The notes below the pieces were generated by a model. That model was not told the DNA's origin. It did not search any database and was given only the letters and a program-made list of their open reading frames with translations. A stretch of 62,172 bases of DNA, counting the filler, from Choristocarpus tenellus KU-1152 (taxonomy: Eukaryota > Protista > Phaeophyceae): the NCBI GenBank assembly GCA_964200185.2. It is 8 parts of 8 records of this genome, joined end to end, with 100 filler letters (N's around TTAATTAATTAA, not from the genome) between each part and the next. Parts side by side here need not be neighbours in the genome. Positions count along the whole stretch, not along the records: positions 14,069 to 26,597 come from CAXNAD020001808.1; positions 26,698 to 30,309 come from CAXNAD020018956.1; positions 30,410 to 33,414 come from CAXNAD020022996.1; positions 33,515 to 50,798 come from CAXNAD020000693.1; 4 more parts are not named here. One strand, written 5' to 3'. Position 1 is the stretch's first letter. Every line of letters begins with the position of its first letter. A program made the position numbers and the translations under genes. This document shows, piece by piece, positions 26,391 to 41,500 of the stretch.

Positions 26391-28472
26391 GAGGGGAGGG
26401 AATGAAGGCGATGTTCAAGGTCAACATGCGCAAAGTATTGCCCAAGGAACCTTGAGAAACGCTGTCAGGGTCAACACACTAAGACCGCCTTCGAAACACT
26501 CTGGACATACTAGCCTCCAGCACACCCTCTCCGTTGGCCCCCCTAACCACATTATATGGAGGTCTCGTTCCATGGCTCCTCCTTCCTCTGTAGACAGNNN
26601 NNNNNNNNNNNNNNNNNNNNNNNNNNNNNNNNNNNNNNNNNTTAATTAATTAANNNNNNNNNNNNNNNNNNNNNNNNNNNNNNNNNNNNNNNNNNNNACG
26701 CTAGGACCAATGAGGAGCTTTTCCTCCCTTGGTGTGCCTCGTTTGGAAGGCCGCCCAGCTGTGTCCCGAAGGAGTCAAAACAAATGTTGTTGAGGAGGCG
26801 TGTGATCTCGTGTTAAGCCTTCCTTGTGATCCTGGCATCATGGGCAGCTAGGATATGTACCTCTGGGGAAGGTGCAGGGGATGTTGTTTCCCCCCAGGTT
26901 ACCCAGTCTTGGCCAATGATTCCGGCAAGGTCTTCTGGGGGGACCATTTATCAATTTGAACCATACAAATTGAAAGTTATTTGTGGGTAGTACTTCAGTT
27001 GTAGTTGTGGTATGTCTCATATTTCTATGTTATATTTTATCAGGAAAAATGACGAGTACTTGAGAGTGTGTTTATTTTGTATTTGTCCTTTCCCTGTTCT
27101 TACTGTGTAGCCTATGATGAATTCCCGTTCGTCTTGTTTCTTTTTGCTGGTCTTGTCTGTTCATTGACTCGGTGAGGGATACTATTGATGCAACGCACAT
27201 GAGTAACTACATGTCACATTCAATTTGTGCGTTGCCTAAACAATTATTGGGCATACAGTCTCTCCTATTACCTGCCTTTCTTTTTTCATTCCTTGCCTCT
27301 CATACACAGCAATGGTCTTGAATCTGTGGAAATGCCTTACTCTAAATTGGATAAGTTACACAGAAAGCAGGACGTGGAAAAATACACCTAGTCCAAAGCT
27401 ACGGTATAATCAATATAAGGGCCAGACTCGGAGACCAATATAACTGAAAATGAAATCTAACGGCTGCTGGATGGGCTGGAATGACCATATTTTTATGAAT
27501 AAAAACTCTCCAGTTCAATAATACTTACGAAGTATGAAATACAACCAGAACTTCTAAAAAAGATATTGCAAAATGCGGCAAAGGAACGATCGCATGAGAT
27601 TGAAAAATTCACGGTAAGAAAAAAAAAGGTCATAGACAGATAAAACTTGTTTAAGGATACAGTCACTACATAATTCGCTGGAGGACGTAATGGAGGAAGG
27701 TGGCAAAAGCAGTCACATTGGCACCAGTATAACTATGATTTCTTCCCTTTCTTTGCTGCAACGTGGCTACCTCGCTTTGCTTGTACACATTGCACATGAC
27801 TCTATGATGTGCGTATAGGTCAGGGGAATGGCCGCTGAGGTATACCCCAAACGCCAGGTGTAGTATCAGGTGATTGTTGTGTGTATTTTGTACCGTGAGA
27901 AATTCCTTTTTGTTGCAACACACTGCTTGAGTAAGTCGGAACACCAAAGCTGTTGATCCCAGATTAGGAAGCGATAATAAATTGTTTGATGTCTTGTTGC
28001 AGGGCGAGGGGGTTTAAAAAGTACTAATTATTTAAATAGGTGCCAGAGCCATCAGAGTCATGAGGCAATACAAGGAACTACATACCATTGTGTTACAAAA
28101 CGCTCCACAACAATTACCACAATGAGATAAGTAGCTCCAATTCACAAGCCTGTACGGTGAAGATGAGGATCGTAGAGGGCTCCATACAGGAAAGATCATC
28201 AAATACGCTGGATCTCTCACTTTGATTATTCACTTTATTGCTTTCATTGGGGTATTTATATATAGGACTGAACAACTATGCGTGGCAACTATGGCCTCAA
28301 AATGACTAAATAACAAAGAGTCAACCAGTTCAAATTTACTGCATCTAGGACTTCAAGGCCATAATGTCCTGTATGAAACTGCAATTAAGATACGTCGCCT
28401 GTGACACACACACACACACACATATATATATGTATGTAGCGCAATTCATTATGCCTTTCTTCTAGTGCTTCA

Positions 28473-28729
28473 GAGCCGAAGTATCTTAGAGGGTAGAGCC
28501 GTGTCCATTTGGGGGCCAAAATCCAATGTTGCGATTTTGATATAATTTTGGCTATTATTGTGTTTGTTAGGAAGTGTCAATATCCATGTTCTGGAAAAAC
28601 CTTTTCATAACGCACACATTTTACCTACTCCGATATATTTCGGAGTAGGTAAACTGTCATGAAAAAACCATGCCAAGCACCAAATGGACAAACAGGGCAA
28701 AAATCGTACCTTCTAAGATACTTTCACTC
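28473..28729. mobile_element. MITE family A, 257 bp
   Basis: TIRs GAGCCGAAGTATCTTAGAGGGTA...TACCTTCTAAGATACTTTCACTC with exact TSD TTCA. Confidence 0.92.
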
Positions 28730-30416
28730 TTCACACAAGCCTAGTTAATGATAGTCCCTGTTATCAGTGGGGAGAAGGAATAGACAAGGAAACACAACAC
28801 AGAAATTAAAGAAGTTTGTATTGCCTACAATAATGACCTTCATATATATGCGATACACAACAGTTGTGTAATTATAACTATAATGCCAACACCCTACTTC
28901 AGATAACAATAATCAGAATTTGAGGCTGTACTGTGAGGTTAGCTCTGTAAAGTTGGTCATGCTATTATATTAAGCTTCACTTTTTAGCCTGGGGAATATC
29001 CCAACTCATGTTCAGAGGCACTATACACTGCACTCCTTCTTATGCTAACTACTGTGAGGAGGCGTTGCACTACAATGAATTGCACTGCCTCCATTTACGC
29101 CTTCACACGTCAGACAAATCATGATTGAACTCATTTGTGCTTCACAAATCAGGAGAAAAAACGTACAAATATTTTACGTTGCGTTAAAGTAAACGAGACG
29201 TACCCAGAGTTCCATCTTAGGAACGATGACAATTATGTGCAAATTTGCTAAAAAATATATATATGTGTAGGATATTTTGTGAATTGTGTCACAAAATTTC
29301 AAACAAGAGAGAAATAAACGCTGTCGGGTCAAACTTAGAACCTCATATAATAGAAATATAGTTGCAAAAGATTGAAAAACAGACTTAAAATGTAAACGAT
29401 CTAAACCTAGGTAGCTCTCATTTACTTTGACTCGCTAAGGTTGAAGGACTGGTGAAGATACACAACATAATTTCTACTCACTAATCTTGTACCACAAATC
29501 ATGCACTGTGTACAACTCAATATTAATTATTATGCCCTCTGACATTTTGCAGATAACTGCCGATCATCAAAATTGTGGATGGAGCTTTTTATTGAGGATG
29601 AGTATGACGCGGATTGGTGTACGGAAAGTGTATATATATATATATATATTTTTTTAATGTTGTGGCACTTTTGGAAGGCCCCGCTACGAATGGGAATCCA
29701 TCCCGACGAAGGTGGTAGTAGGACAATGTGTGGGGGGCGGCAACGATTTCGCTTAATCATCGTGTACATGTATGCCCTGCGTTGGCTTGCTTGCTTGAAT
29801 AATTAGTGCGGTCGGTGGAGTCATTTGACTGTTGATGGTGGCGGTGGTAGAAAATAATAGTTCTTCGAAGTAGTTCTTTTCGGGGAGGCGTCTCATTGTC
29901 ATCATGGATGGCTGACTGACTGAGAAGAAATGTTATTTTCCCACATTATTATTATTTTTTTATTGCTATCGTCGCCAAGTAGAAGAAGCTACCACTGAGC
30001 GCATACAAGTATTGACCTTATATGATGATCGACCTCTTTGTACGAATATCTCAGTCATGCCCCGAGATATCGTTTGTTGCGATCTGCCCCCCCCCTCACC
30101 CTGTCAGACACACCGATCGGCATGTATCTATTTCCTTGGGCAAGTTGTTCGACTTGTAACACATCGCATGACAACAACAGGGAGAAGCAGAAGAAGGCTA
30201 CCGTATCTAACGGTAGCTTGTACAAAAAAATCTTCCAGCACACTTAAAAAAAAAAAAAACCCATCATCTTTTTCAATTTGCTGCACATTCGTTGTACCCC
30301 TCCTCCCCCNNNNNNNNNNNNNNNNNNNNNNNNNNNNNNNNNNNNNNNNNNNNTTAATTAATTAANNNNNNNNNNNNNNNNNNNNNNNNNNNNNNNNNNN
30401 NNNNNNNNNTTTGTAG

Positions 30417-30452
<36 letters not shown>

Positions 30453-30501
30453 CTGTTCATACTGCCTGACCTCCCTGACCCTATCGAACATGTATGCTCA
30501 G

Positions 30502-30582
30502 CTTCTACGTATTGAGGAGGAACTCGGGAGCAAGGCAGTGTATGCTGGGCAGTCCTTCCGCTCCCCGTCCTGGATGGCCTAA
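30502..30582 (+). CDS. ENO: Enolase, terminal coding exon (rest of gene lies outside this contig)
   Basis: Translates to LLRIEEELGSKAVYAGQSFRSPSWMA*, matching the conserved enolase C-terminus (KYNQLLRIEEELG..A.YAG..FR). Preceded by CAG. Confidence 0.9.
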   Translation, partial: LLRIEEELGSKAVYAGQSFRSPSWMA

Positions 30583-32989
30583 ATAAACATGCACGAATGG
30601 ACTGCTTGAGTTCGGAAATTTAGTCATCAGTTGATTGCCAACGCCTATTCACCGTGTTTGTTTTTACATGATGAAGGAGTGCTGGATTCGTTGTGGGGCC
30701 AACACAGTCAAGTCACAGTTCTTGAGTGTTGAACTAAATTTGCCATAGATATAAATCCCTGTGTCCCAGTATTATTTGGTGACCTGGAGTCGGGTGCATG
30801 GGTGAATCTTGGTCGGTAGTTGTGTTCCACTGGGGTTTCTATGGGGGTTGATTGGGATGTGTTGTTCTGCTTGTGTAAGGCGGGAGGAAGATGTCGTGAG
30901 GTAGCACATGCAATCTAGTTAACTTGGTACTCTAAAGGGTAGGGAGTGAGGTGCATATAATAGGGATATCTGTTTTTCACATTCATGTCATTTTTTGTTG
31001 CATTTTATACACTTGCTGGAGACAGCTGCAGAAAGGTATATTTATATATTTCACACATTTGGAGATAGCTTTCTTGGTATTTTCTTCTTTCCTCAAAAGT
31101 AGGAAGGCTGGAAGAGTAAAAGATGTCCATGGTTTGTTTTGGCAGAGATAGTGCTTTTGTTAGTGGGCTTACTGTTTGTACGACTGTGTTTGATATGCCA
31201 TGATTATAAGAATCAGACTTTTGAGCTTGGCTCCTGCCCTGCATGGTGTTGAGGATTGCCTTGTTAACAGACACATTGCCATCTTGTCATAATGCATTAG
31301 CAGCTTCTTGACTGTGGTTGAAGGAAGTGGGCAGCATTGCGTGAGCATGAGTAACCCTAACCCTAACCCTACTTGTAAGCGATGAAATGCAATCATGGCG
31401 AACTCTTCTAAAGGCATCAACAAATGCAAGGTATACATCAGTGAATAGGAAAGATGATGGGCATGTTGTATGACGTCAATGGCGTTTGATTAGACTTGGT
31501 TCCTAACAGTATGTACATGATCAGTGGCAATGGTTACAAGTACAATTCATTACTGTTGTCAATATTCTTGGACTACTGCTATAAAAGTGTGTGAATTGAT
31601 GTTTTAATATTACAAGTTAGCTTTTGTAGAGAATTTTGAATGTTTCCAATTGTAGACTCTTCATCTTCGCCAGCCCCAGCCCCCCCCCCCCTGATTTCAA
31701 CTGTACCTCGAGTGCAACATTTTTTTCATATTACTACTTCAACGGATACAGATGGTCCAAAATATTTTTCCTAATCCCTAACCCTAGCCCTAAGTTACAC
31801 CTTTTCTACTGTGTAGTCCCATCGACTATTTGTTAAACATTACGGAGGGAAGGGTTGACCCAGATAGTGATTTTCTGCCAGGACCTTGGCCTTTGATGCC
31901 TCTATTACAAGTTTTGATTTTCCTGTTATTTTTAAGATGAAACTTTGGCACAGGCCCCACAACTATACATGTTCGGGGGGGGGGTTGGTTCCATCATCAA
32001 ATTTTGCACAAGTAGGCACAGCCCCCCCTAGGCACACTCCACTCTATCCAAGCACACCACATCCCTTCTACCCAGGCAAAGTTTCCACATTTTCCATTCC
32101 TCCTGGTGCGGCTGGATGACAGTATCTCCTAGGTGGTGAACCTTCTCTGTTTCCCAGACACAGACTACACAATTCCCCTGTGCCCTTGCACCTTCTGCTG
32201 CTCGAGCCTGCAGCTACCATTTCACCCCCAGTATAACCCATAGAGGTTTCACCCGGGCTCACACATCACATTTCTTTCCTCATGAGATGCTGGAGCACTT
32301 TGTGTACTAACAGTTGAAATGTCGCCTCCGGTTTATTCCCAACTGCAGCCCCCCCATGTTACCCACTCACATCAATGCACCCTGCACTACCCTATCTTAG
32401 CTGTAGGAAGTGGGCTGTAGCCCTTTGTGATTGTTGCAAGTGATTCATAGGTGTGCTAAATAATAATAGGATTATAGCTTGATGAGATCGTCTCAACTTA
32501 TTCGTGTGAGTGCATGCAATTCTAGAGACAAGGTGTAACTCTGTTGACAAACTGTAAAGGAATCAAACAGCACATAAGAGTCAAAGTTAATGAGAGGCAC
32601 TTAGAGTTGAATTTAAGAATGCTGACAAATATCCGCAAAATTCGACTTGAAAAAAAATTAAGTGTACGTCTTTCACACACGGCTTCAAAGTATGTGAAAG
32701 AAAATCGGTTGGTAGATGCACATACTGCTTTGGATACGTTAATAATGCATTGATCGATAAATGTTGAGTATCAAGAGTTCCAATATACATTCGTTGTGAG
32801 TAGTCCCTCTCTTCAGGATCAGTTTGAAACGTTAGTGGGGTGGCTCGCTTCTGGAAAACAAGAGTACTTTCATCAAATAACCCTTGCATAGGGATTAGTT
32901 CTTGAAATGAAAAAGAGACCTACCAAAGATCAATTACCACCGTGAAAAATTTACAAAAAGAAAAAAGGTTTCTGCGCATTGGTCTGCTG

Positions 32990-33052
32990 ACATTACAATT
33001 ACATAACATTACAATTACATAACATTACAATTACATAACATTACAATTACAT
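32990..33052. repeat. 16-bp tandem repeat, about 4 copies
   Basis: Unit ACATTACAATTACATA. Confidence 0.9.
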
Positions 33053-36000
33053 CCGGCCAACAAATATCTTGCAGATGGCACCACCAGGTGGGAAACATAC
33101 AAAATCAGGACTCGATGAGCACAACAGACTCTATTGCTCACATCAACAGTATCTCTCTGCAACAACTGAACGTTTTAAATTATTTCATATTATTATTTTA
33201 TATTATTCAACAAAAACATTATTTCATATTATTATTTCATATTATTATTTCATATTATTCAACAATAACATTATGGAACCGTCGTTCGCAACCACTAACA
33301 GGGGATTTTACAAATTGAGGATGGAGCGTACTATCGAGGATGGCTTTGACCGAAAATGGTGCGAAAAAAGTGAAAAAAAAAAAATAAAAAAAAACACAGC
33401 GGCACTTTTTAAGGNNNNNNNNNNNNNNNNNNNNNNNNNNNNNNNNNNNNNNNNNNNNTTAATTAATTAANNNNNNNNNNNNNNNNNNNNNNNNNNNNNN
33501 NNNNNNNNNNNNNNGACCGGGTGGGGGAAGGTATTCCAAGGGGCGGGGGGGTGGAGGTGTGGGGGGAGGGGGGAGGGTGAAGGGGGGGGGGGGGGGGGAG
33601 TGGAACTGAACATGTCTATTGTGGAGGTAGGTGATTAATGGGGAGGGGTGGCAGAACCATGATATTATGTTGTGTGCCATTTTTTCATCATGGATATTCT
33701 GCCCAATGCCTGCCCTATTGCTATATACGATGGTGATTAATGGAATGGGTTCATTTGCAGGTGAGTACTCAGGTGAGACGAACACTTACAGAGTGACAAT
33801 GTGTTGAGAGCATTTTTTGTTTCTACCTTTTTAATAGCCCGGACTTGGGCTTGTACTGATTTAATTATAACACTCCCATTTTTGCTTTGTGACTCTGTTG
33901 AGGTTGTTCAATAGATGTAGAGTATACTCTTACCCCGATATCTCATGTTAGAATGGTGGGATGTCTTGTAATGATATGTTATAATATGTGGAACAAGCAA
34001 TGCAATGTGCTACAAAGGTGCTTAAATGCGTGCTGTTCAAGTGGCATTTATTGTGCCAAGAGACTGTGATTGAGAGCATTTCATTTCTGGGGGCTGTAGC
34101 TCTGCTCTTGATGAAAAGGACAGGACCATTTAGTTTGAGGTCATGTACCTTACTGTAAACACAAAACAAACACATGCTCTCACTTTTAAAGAACACTGCA
34201 CATGAGAATGATCTTCACCACTACACACATTTTGTGGGGAATAACAAAAGGGTGAGTAATAGCCTGTGTGACTCACTCGCCACATGTCACTCTCGGCTAC
34301 AGCAACCCCAACATTGGGACTGGAAATGTGTGGAAGGCTGTCTGTGACAGTACAAGGAGGTCTGTGACAGATGCTCCAAGAATTGTGGTGCATTGCGATT
34401 CAAAGTCTTGCCACATTGCACTGTTACCATTGACAACTTCCCAAACCATTGGAGGCGAAGAGGAATGGGGAGGGTGCATCATTACCTCAGTTATTGCTCT
34501 CGTGAGCTCTCCTCCAGAGCAGCTATTGCAGTATGTGGACCTTGTAGCTTCGATGATGAAATGAGAGGTGCACTATTAGCACTAATATAATTTATGTACT
34601 TAGATGTGAGGACCAGATCACCTGGTATATGAAGTACCATGAAAGGCTGGACATGCCAGCCTGATATCAAGAATAATTCACTTCCTCTCTCACTTGATTA
34701 TTTAAGAGGGTGAAAAAGGCACTTTGCCTTATTTTCTCATGAGTTATCCCGTTTCACCCATCCAAGGGGATAGAGTTGTGGTACTTCCTGTAAGGAGGTG
34801 ACATCAATTTGAGGCATTGTAGTAACTAAAGGCTGAATGCAGATATAAATAGGAAAATAGTAGCACTATGGTTTTGTTAAGAGTGGATATATCGATATAT
34901 CTAAATATATTGTGCGCTAATCTATAGTCCTGCACTTACTGTGTGTCTTTGATCAAGTGGCAAGGTTGCTAGACCAATATGTAGATTCGAATATATTCTC
35001 TTTGATGTCCCTGTCACCTTGCAACTGTGGTGGTGAAAAGGAATAAACTGAAGGTGACTCCACAGTCATATCTCAAAGTTGACCATTCGTAGACCTCTTG
35101 AATATGTCATTGTATGATATCACTGAGTTTTTGTTGTGGACATCAAATTTTTTTCTCAATTAATAAGTGCCTCATTAAAAAATGAGCAATGTATTTGGAG
35201 ATGGTTGATCAACTAAATATAACCGGAGTATGAGGATGATGTGGAGGTTCAAAGATTACATCTGGCAGTGATGGTCGTTAAAATTAATATTTCACTTACG
35301 TGATTTGGGCTTTTACTTGAGATGCGGCTGACATTGCAATGACAGAACCGTTATTTGTTGTTGGTACAAAAATCTTTGTATACATACATTGCAACTGAAA
35401 TATTTCATAGGATCATGGTTTGCTATTGGTGGACGTGTTAAGAAGTTGAGGTTTGTTGAAGTGCATATGGAGGCCTTTTATTTCGTGCAGGTGGCTTCAG
35501 ACAACTTTTATTTATCTATATTTGAAGTACTGCTTAAGTGTCTTTCAATGCACAGATACCAGGAGAATCCTATATCCACGCGAATTCCTGGAATGCTTAT
35601 TGGGAATGAGTGTAGTTTTGTGAATACAGGGATCTCCAAAGTATTTTTGATGCAGAAAAACTTGCCTGTACACTGCCTTTCTTGATAAAGGTTACTTAAT
35701 GGTAGTATGGTCCAGAAATCTCAATTGTCAGTTAGGCTGCCAAGTTTCTGCCAAACGTGACCCTGATTATGAGCTTGCAAATGCACTGATCATGGCTTGA
35801 TGTTCGTACACCAAAATTATTTGGCAATTTGCGCTGGTGGTAAGAGAAACTGCTCGGGTTTTATTCCTCTTTAGGTACTCGCTTGTGTGCAGTTGTGGGA
35901 AGGTCTCTTCGATACATATTTTCAAGATGTTAGAAATACCTTTTGACTTGTGGATCAATCAAGTGCTCATACAAAGCTGATCCGACCAAGAAACTCAATA

Positions 36001-38553
36001 TGCTCTTGAGATGAGTTTTGTAAGAATTGGAGAGGGCGAACATTGAAGCATTTGATGTCGGAATTTCCTCAGCCTTGTGGGATCAAATGACTTGTCAGAA
36101 AGTTAGTGAGTAGAGCCCAGATTGGCCACCTTTCACGCCCCACATAAGTTTTTGATCTCCAACTGGGTCACTAATATCTTGAGCTTTGGAGTATTAACTG
36201 CCCAATACTGTGTGTGGTAGTATGACCAGATGACTTTTGGGTGTTGAAAACATGTCTGTTCCCCGTTATGATAGGAATGCATCATCTGTAAAGTGTTATC
36301 TTTTTTGTACACAGATTGTGGTAGTGGTAGTTATTATCTGATGCAAATACATTGTGATAAAAGATGTATCCATTTTTTCAAAAAGCATTCTTAGGAGGTA
36401 AAATGAGTTTGTGAATGATGCGAGTATCACTCTAATATGATAAAAGTTAAGGGGAACAACACAGTTTATTTTAATAGACTTAAATTTATAGTTCTAATGT
36501 GTGTTCGATGGACACTATTGACACAACAATGAACTTCATAATCTGGATATTGGATACAAGACTCTACTACCTCTAATATTGCTGTGCACTAGAACGAAAA
36601 GCAACCTGGTCTACACAAATATGTCTAAGTAATCGTGTGTGTCTAGAATTTACAAATTACCTTTTTTTATCTTTTTTGCCACTCCAGTTATCAGGTAGAG
36701 GACAGTATATAATATTGTTATTGTGGTTGAAGTAGACAATTAGATAACTTCTACTCTCTCTTCCTGCTTTCTGGAAGAGTACACACCTTGACGTTATACT
36801 ATGACTTTCATGTCCCTCATTTTGCGATTTCGGGGTATGCAGCAATGAACATAACTTTGGCCACTATGTGAAATTTGTAACAGTTAGGGTCCAGTGTGCA
36901 GGATGTGGTCAAATGTACTACCTTAAGAGATACCTTTTTTTAATCTTCTAGCATCCTTTATAATTAGAAGTGTGTATGTAGTACAGTAATGTCAGACATA
37001 ACCCTCCTTCTCTACCAGTTATGACATGCACATGCAACAACAAACTATGCAATACACACTTTCCATGTCAAGGGATGCTCCAATGTGATAAATACTATTG
37101 TAACAATCCTAGATGAGAGGAAATAGCACAAACATCGCTGCTGTTCAACCATACTAGCAGAATATAGTAGAATTCACCTTCTAGTCATAGAGGTAAAGTC
37201 AAGTGGGGGGAGGGATCTACTATGTTTTGTAGGGGTGTTTACAAAGACCACTTTGATTTTGTTGTTTGAGACCAGTGTTTCATGTCATACAACCTACATT
37301 CTTGGTCTTCCGTTGTAGATGATTTGATTAGATCTCAACTGGGAACATTGAAGAGGGAGTGTGAAATATCCATTCAGAAAGTTGCACATATCTCAAATAC
37401 TCCCCTCATAACTTCTCGAAGTTTGAATGTCCCTGTTACGTCTCATTTAGTTGCAACCAATCAACTTTTAAGGTTGAACATGTAAGAGATGGTCTATGAC
37501 TACTCCTTTGCCCCAGCCAGCCCTTACACCAATCTTCATGATCACAACAAAGTTGATTTTGTTGTCCACTTTTTTTCTCAGTTGAAATTAATTTACTTCA
37601 TGTGGCACATGTATTTGTAGTTTCCTCCTTGCTGAAATATGCAAATTTTGATTTTGGAACAATACTATCTTGTTGTTTTGAGCATGTTAAATCTTTACAA
37701 GGTGTGCACCACAAAATCATTGTGCAGGGTTCATCTTTATGTGGAGAAACCGTGTATGTTTTGTGCATGAATTCAATATTTATCAAAATTTCACTGCGTG
37801 CCGTTTTTTGCTGGGAGCCAAGATACTGAGTACTTTGATGCAGTAGCCTTGCATTGAGGGTATGGTACAAAATATGTGGGGTTTCAACTTACAATTTTGA
37901 ATTTGTGCTGTCTTTGACTACACAGCATTCTACATGTGTAGTGTAAGTTGTCCTTGTGATAGGTGCTTTGCCTAGGATCAATGCCTTTACAAAGAATGTA
38001 TGAGCAGCGGTCTCCCTTTAATAAAAACGTCATGCACCTAGTCAAGCCAGATTAACTCCTCCTCAACCTCCTGTTCTTTCCATGCTCTTGTCTATTTGCA
38101 CTTTTCGTTCCCCAATCCCAATTTGTGTCACAGATCTGCAAGGCAGAGACCCGGAGACATTCAAGCCCCTTCATGTGGTGTCCATGACAATCAAGGATTC
38201 TGCAGATCACTCAGCCGCCGCAGCGGGCGATGTCCTTGAATTGTGCCAAATGGTAAACATGAGCTTTTTTGTGTATTTCATAACACCTATAGTATTGAAA
38301 ATGGCTCAGCATGATGTGTCTGTGCTACAGGCATCCTCACTCGTGTTTCTTATGCCTCAGGTTGAGCAAATAGATTGTACCACAACACAGTGGCATGGAA
38401 ATACTTGCTTCTGCAAGTCACCATATTCCTCCCAGTGACTTCCCCGCGAGAAGGAGTGAGAGCCCAAGCTCAGTCACACTTTTCTCGGTTTTTCTGGTTC
38501 TATAAATTGTAAAAACATCTCAAGTCACACCAATTTAGACATGCTGTGACACG

Positions 38554-38588
<35 letters not shown>

Positions 38589-41500
38589 TTTTGCACAATA
38601 TAGTCTTAGACAAAGTCACAATATTTTCGAAAGTATAAGATGTACATTACCTCGAAGGAACATGGGATATCGTGATACTATGAATCATTTGGGTACCAGA
38701 TAGTTTGGGAAGCTAGTTGAGCTGAAAATAGACAGTTGTGTTGGATCAGGAATGTTTCGTCAATGCATTTTGGCAGTCTTCAGCACTGCAGTCACATTAC
38801 TTCAAAGCACTCAGTAGCGCTATGATTATTTTCTATACTCTCGTGGAGTTGCTGTGTAGTGCTCTGGTTGCCATCTCGCCACAGAAGATGTTCACCCAAT
38901 TGCCAAAATCTGCCTGCTCCACAATTCTAAGATCCCCCCAATTATGCTACAAATTATACTCTAGCACGTGGCATTTGAGGAGGCTGCACTGGACGAGAAC
39001 CGAGAGAATTCAATTATATGTGTGTATTAGGCTTGTCCAAACTATTGTACCCAAGTAGTTGATAAATTTCATATATACACTGAATATATACGCCTCACTT
39101 GTGGTCAGAATATGTAGAGTTTGTGTTGTCTCAGCTGACAATTCCATTAATACACTGTTATTGTTTGTGTATTGTGAAAACTAATGTATGTGTGTGTGAT
39201 GGTAGGAAATTTCTTGCTGCTATTCAAGGCATCAAACCTGGGCCTAGTGTATTGAAGAATCTCTGTATGGTACATACTATGTGTATGCATGTTATATTTG
39301 TTGTCCAAAAATGTTAAGACATTTATCCAATTTGTATGATAGAGGTACACACAGCTTGGTCCAGGTTTTATCGAGAGCGACCACAAGCATCATACAGCAC
39401 TGTAGCTGAATTATGTCATTGTAATGAGTTGTGTTGAGGGCATACTCGGGAGTGCGTTTCAAAGTAACACAGTCTAAACCGATGATTGCTGTTTGTGGTG
39501 GCCTCTTCATGGTGGTCATCACTTCTTGAAGATATCTCCTGCTATTGTATGAGGGGGAAATATTATCCCTTAAAAGAGATAAGGAGTTGCTTGTGGAGTT
39601 GATCTCAATCAAGGCGCGAATCCTCCCATCGAAGACTTTTGTAAAAGACACAGCGTGCGACTCTTCCTGTCTCCAAGGAAGTTGGGTGTTTGACTCTGGT
39701 GGTTGTGGTCTTCATAGTTGTGGTCTTCATACTTCCTTTTTGTCGTCAGTCAACTCCACTGCTATTTGCATGCAACCCCGGAAACTGTGTTCTCCTTTTG
39801 TCTCGGTTTTGTGCTTAGAATCCGAATACTGTTCCAACTTCGGTCCTCCTTTTCGTCTCTGTATGAGTTCTGTAGGGCATGTGACTCTTCTGAGTCCAGC
39901 ATGCATGCATAGATGCAAACATTCAGGGTAGCATGGCATCCAGAAACCAGGAGATGTTTTGTCGCCAAATAGTATCCCATTCTACGCTTCCAGCAGACCT
40001 CGCATTTGATGCAATACCCCCCTTGCACCCGTGATCAACCTGTGTTTTTTTGTTGCAGTTGGATGTTTGTGAAGATCTTGATGAAGAAGCCGCAGAGCTG
40101 GTGGAGAAGTTTCAGGCGAAAAGCAAACGAACCTTACTGCACCAAGTGTGCCATGTTTGAAGTAGATTGTTCCTTGTCGTTGCCATGATTTGAGAGGGTA
40201 ATGAGCAGGGGAGAAAGAAGTGGATGCAGCAAGAAAATCACTACGACGTTGTGACAACGGGAAAACCTCTTCTGGTGCAAGTCTCTTTTGAAACAGATAT
40301 CTTCTGTGTACTTCCTATCTACCTGGTCGTGTCCTTACTTTAGTTTGAAATATTGTCCAAGAAAGAGGCACCAAAAATGTCTCTACTGTCGGAGGTCTGC
40401 TCCCAAAATAACAATGAACAAGGAGGACTGGCAATATCTCTCTCCCATTGTAGCAATGGGTGCCAGATGTGATGTTTCAGGATATCAACCCATCTTTGTT
40501 TCCCTGGGGCTGCAATTGCCATGGTCTTCATCTCCTCTTCAATGTGGGCAATGAATTGATTTGTACTCTCAAAAGGTGATTTCAAACAGTTGAGTGAAAA
40601 AAAAACAAAAAATGTAAGCAAGTAGCCCAATACTCTTCCTTGGGGCAGGCAGTGGACAGTGCATATTCAAGCAAGATCGTGGGCGGGAGAGATAGTATCA
40701 TAGGGTCACAGTTGTGCGCTGTTGGTGTTGGGTTTCATCTCTCTTCCTTTTTTATGTCTCCTAGATTATATTTCTGCTACTTGGGCTTTGTGGATGGTTC
40801 TACCTGTGTTGTTGATGTTGATGTGGTTTGATGGAGCCTCTAGCAAACAATGCCTAGTGACGTTTTACGTTTATAACTCCCAACAACAAAAAAGGATGAT
40901 AATGGTACGATGTACTAGGTGTAAGTTCTACCCATTGATGGCGAAGCTACCTTTCCCTTTTGATCCAACTGTGGCAACTGGTTCCTTTACCACTACTGTG
41001 TGCGGTAGAGATCTTGTGTTTCCAATGGAGTACTTATAGTTGGGAAAGATGGAGATCAGGAGAAGGAGTCGAATTGTTTGATGCTTTGTTAATGTTGATT
41101 TGTTCTGTTTATTGCAGTATGTACTCTTAGCGTTTAATTGTGTCAAGGAGAAAAATGAAGGTGGAGTGCTCTCATTGACACTTCCTAAGTTTGCGTAGTG
41201 CTCCGTTTTTTGCATCATGCGACTTTAGGAGCAGAAGGAGATCATTATCATGTTGCGGTTGCTGAGCCAGTTAGAGGACAACACATTAGTTGAAGAAAGT
41301 TATCTTCCTGTACTTTCTGTTGTTATGTCCACAGTTTGTATCAATGCATGCTACTGCATGGGAGCATATGTGTTTCAACATGGCAACCGTCAGCCAGATA
41401 TCAACATAAAAGTAATATAAAATAATATATATTATATACTATGCGCCACAATCTGAATGATACTACTAGTTAAAGAACGAACCCCTCCATGGGTATCCTC

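Noticed and set aside
27660-28230. Exon-like segments on the + strand
   Set aside because: They contain stops, match no family I recognise, and give no consistent splice model.
34268-38950. Decayed hAT transposase (BED-finger-like and TRWNS-like hints; exon-like 38134-38252)
   Set aside because: Motifs are too degenerate to support without an HMM search.
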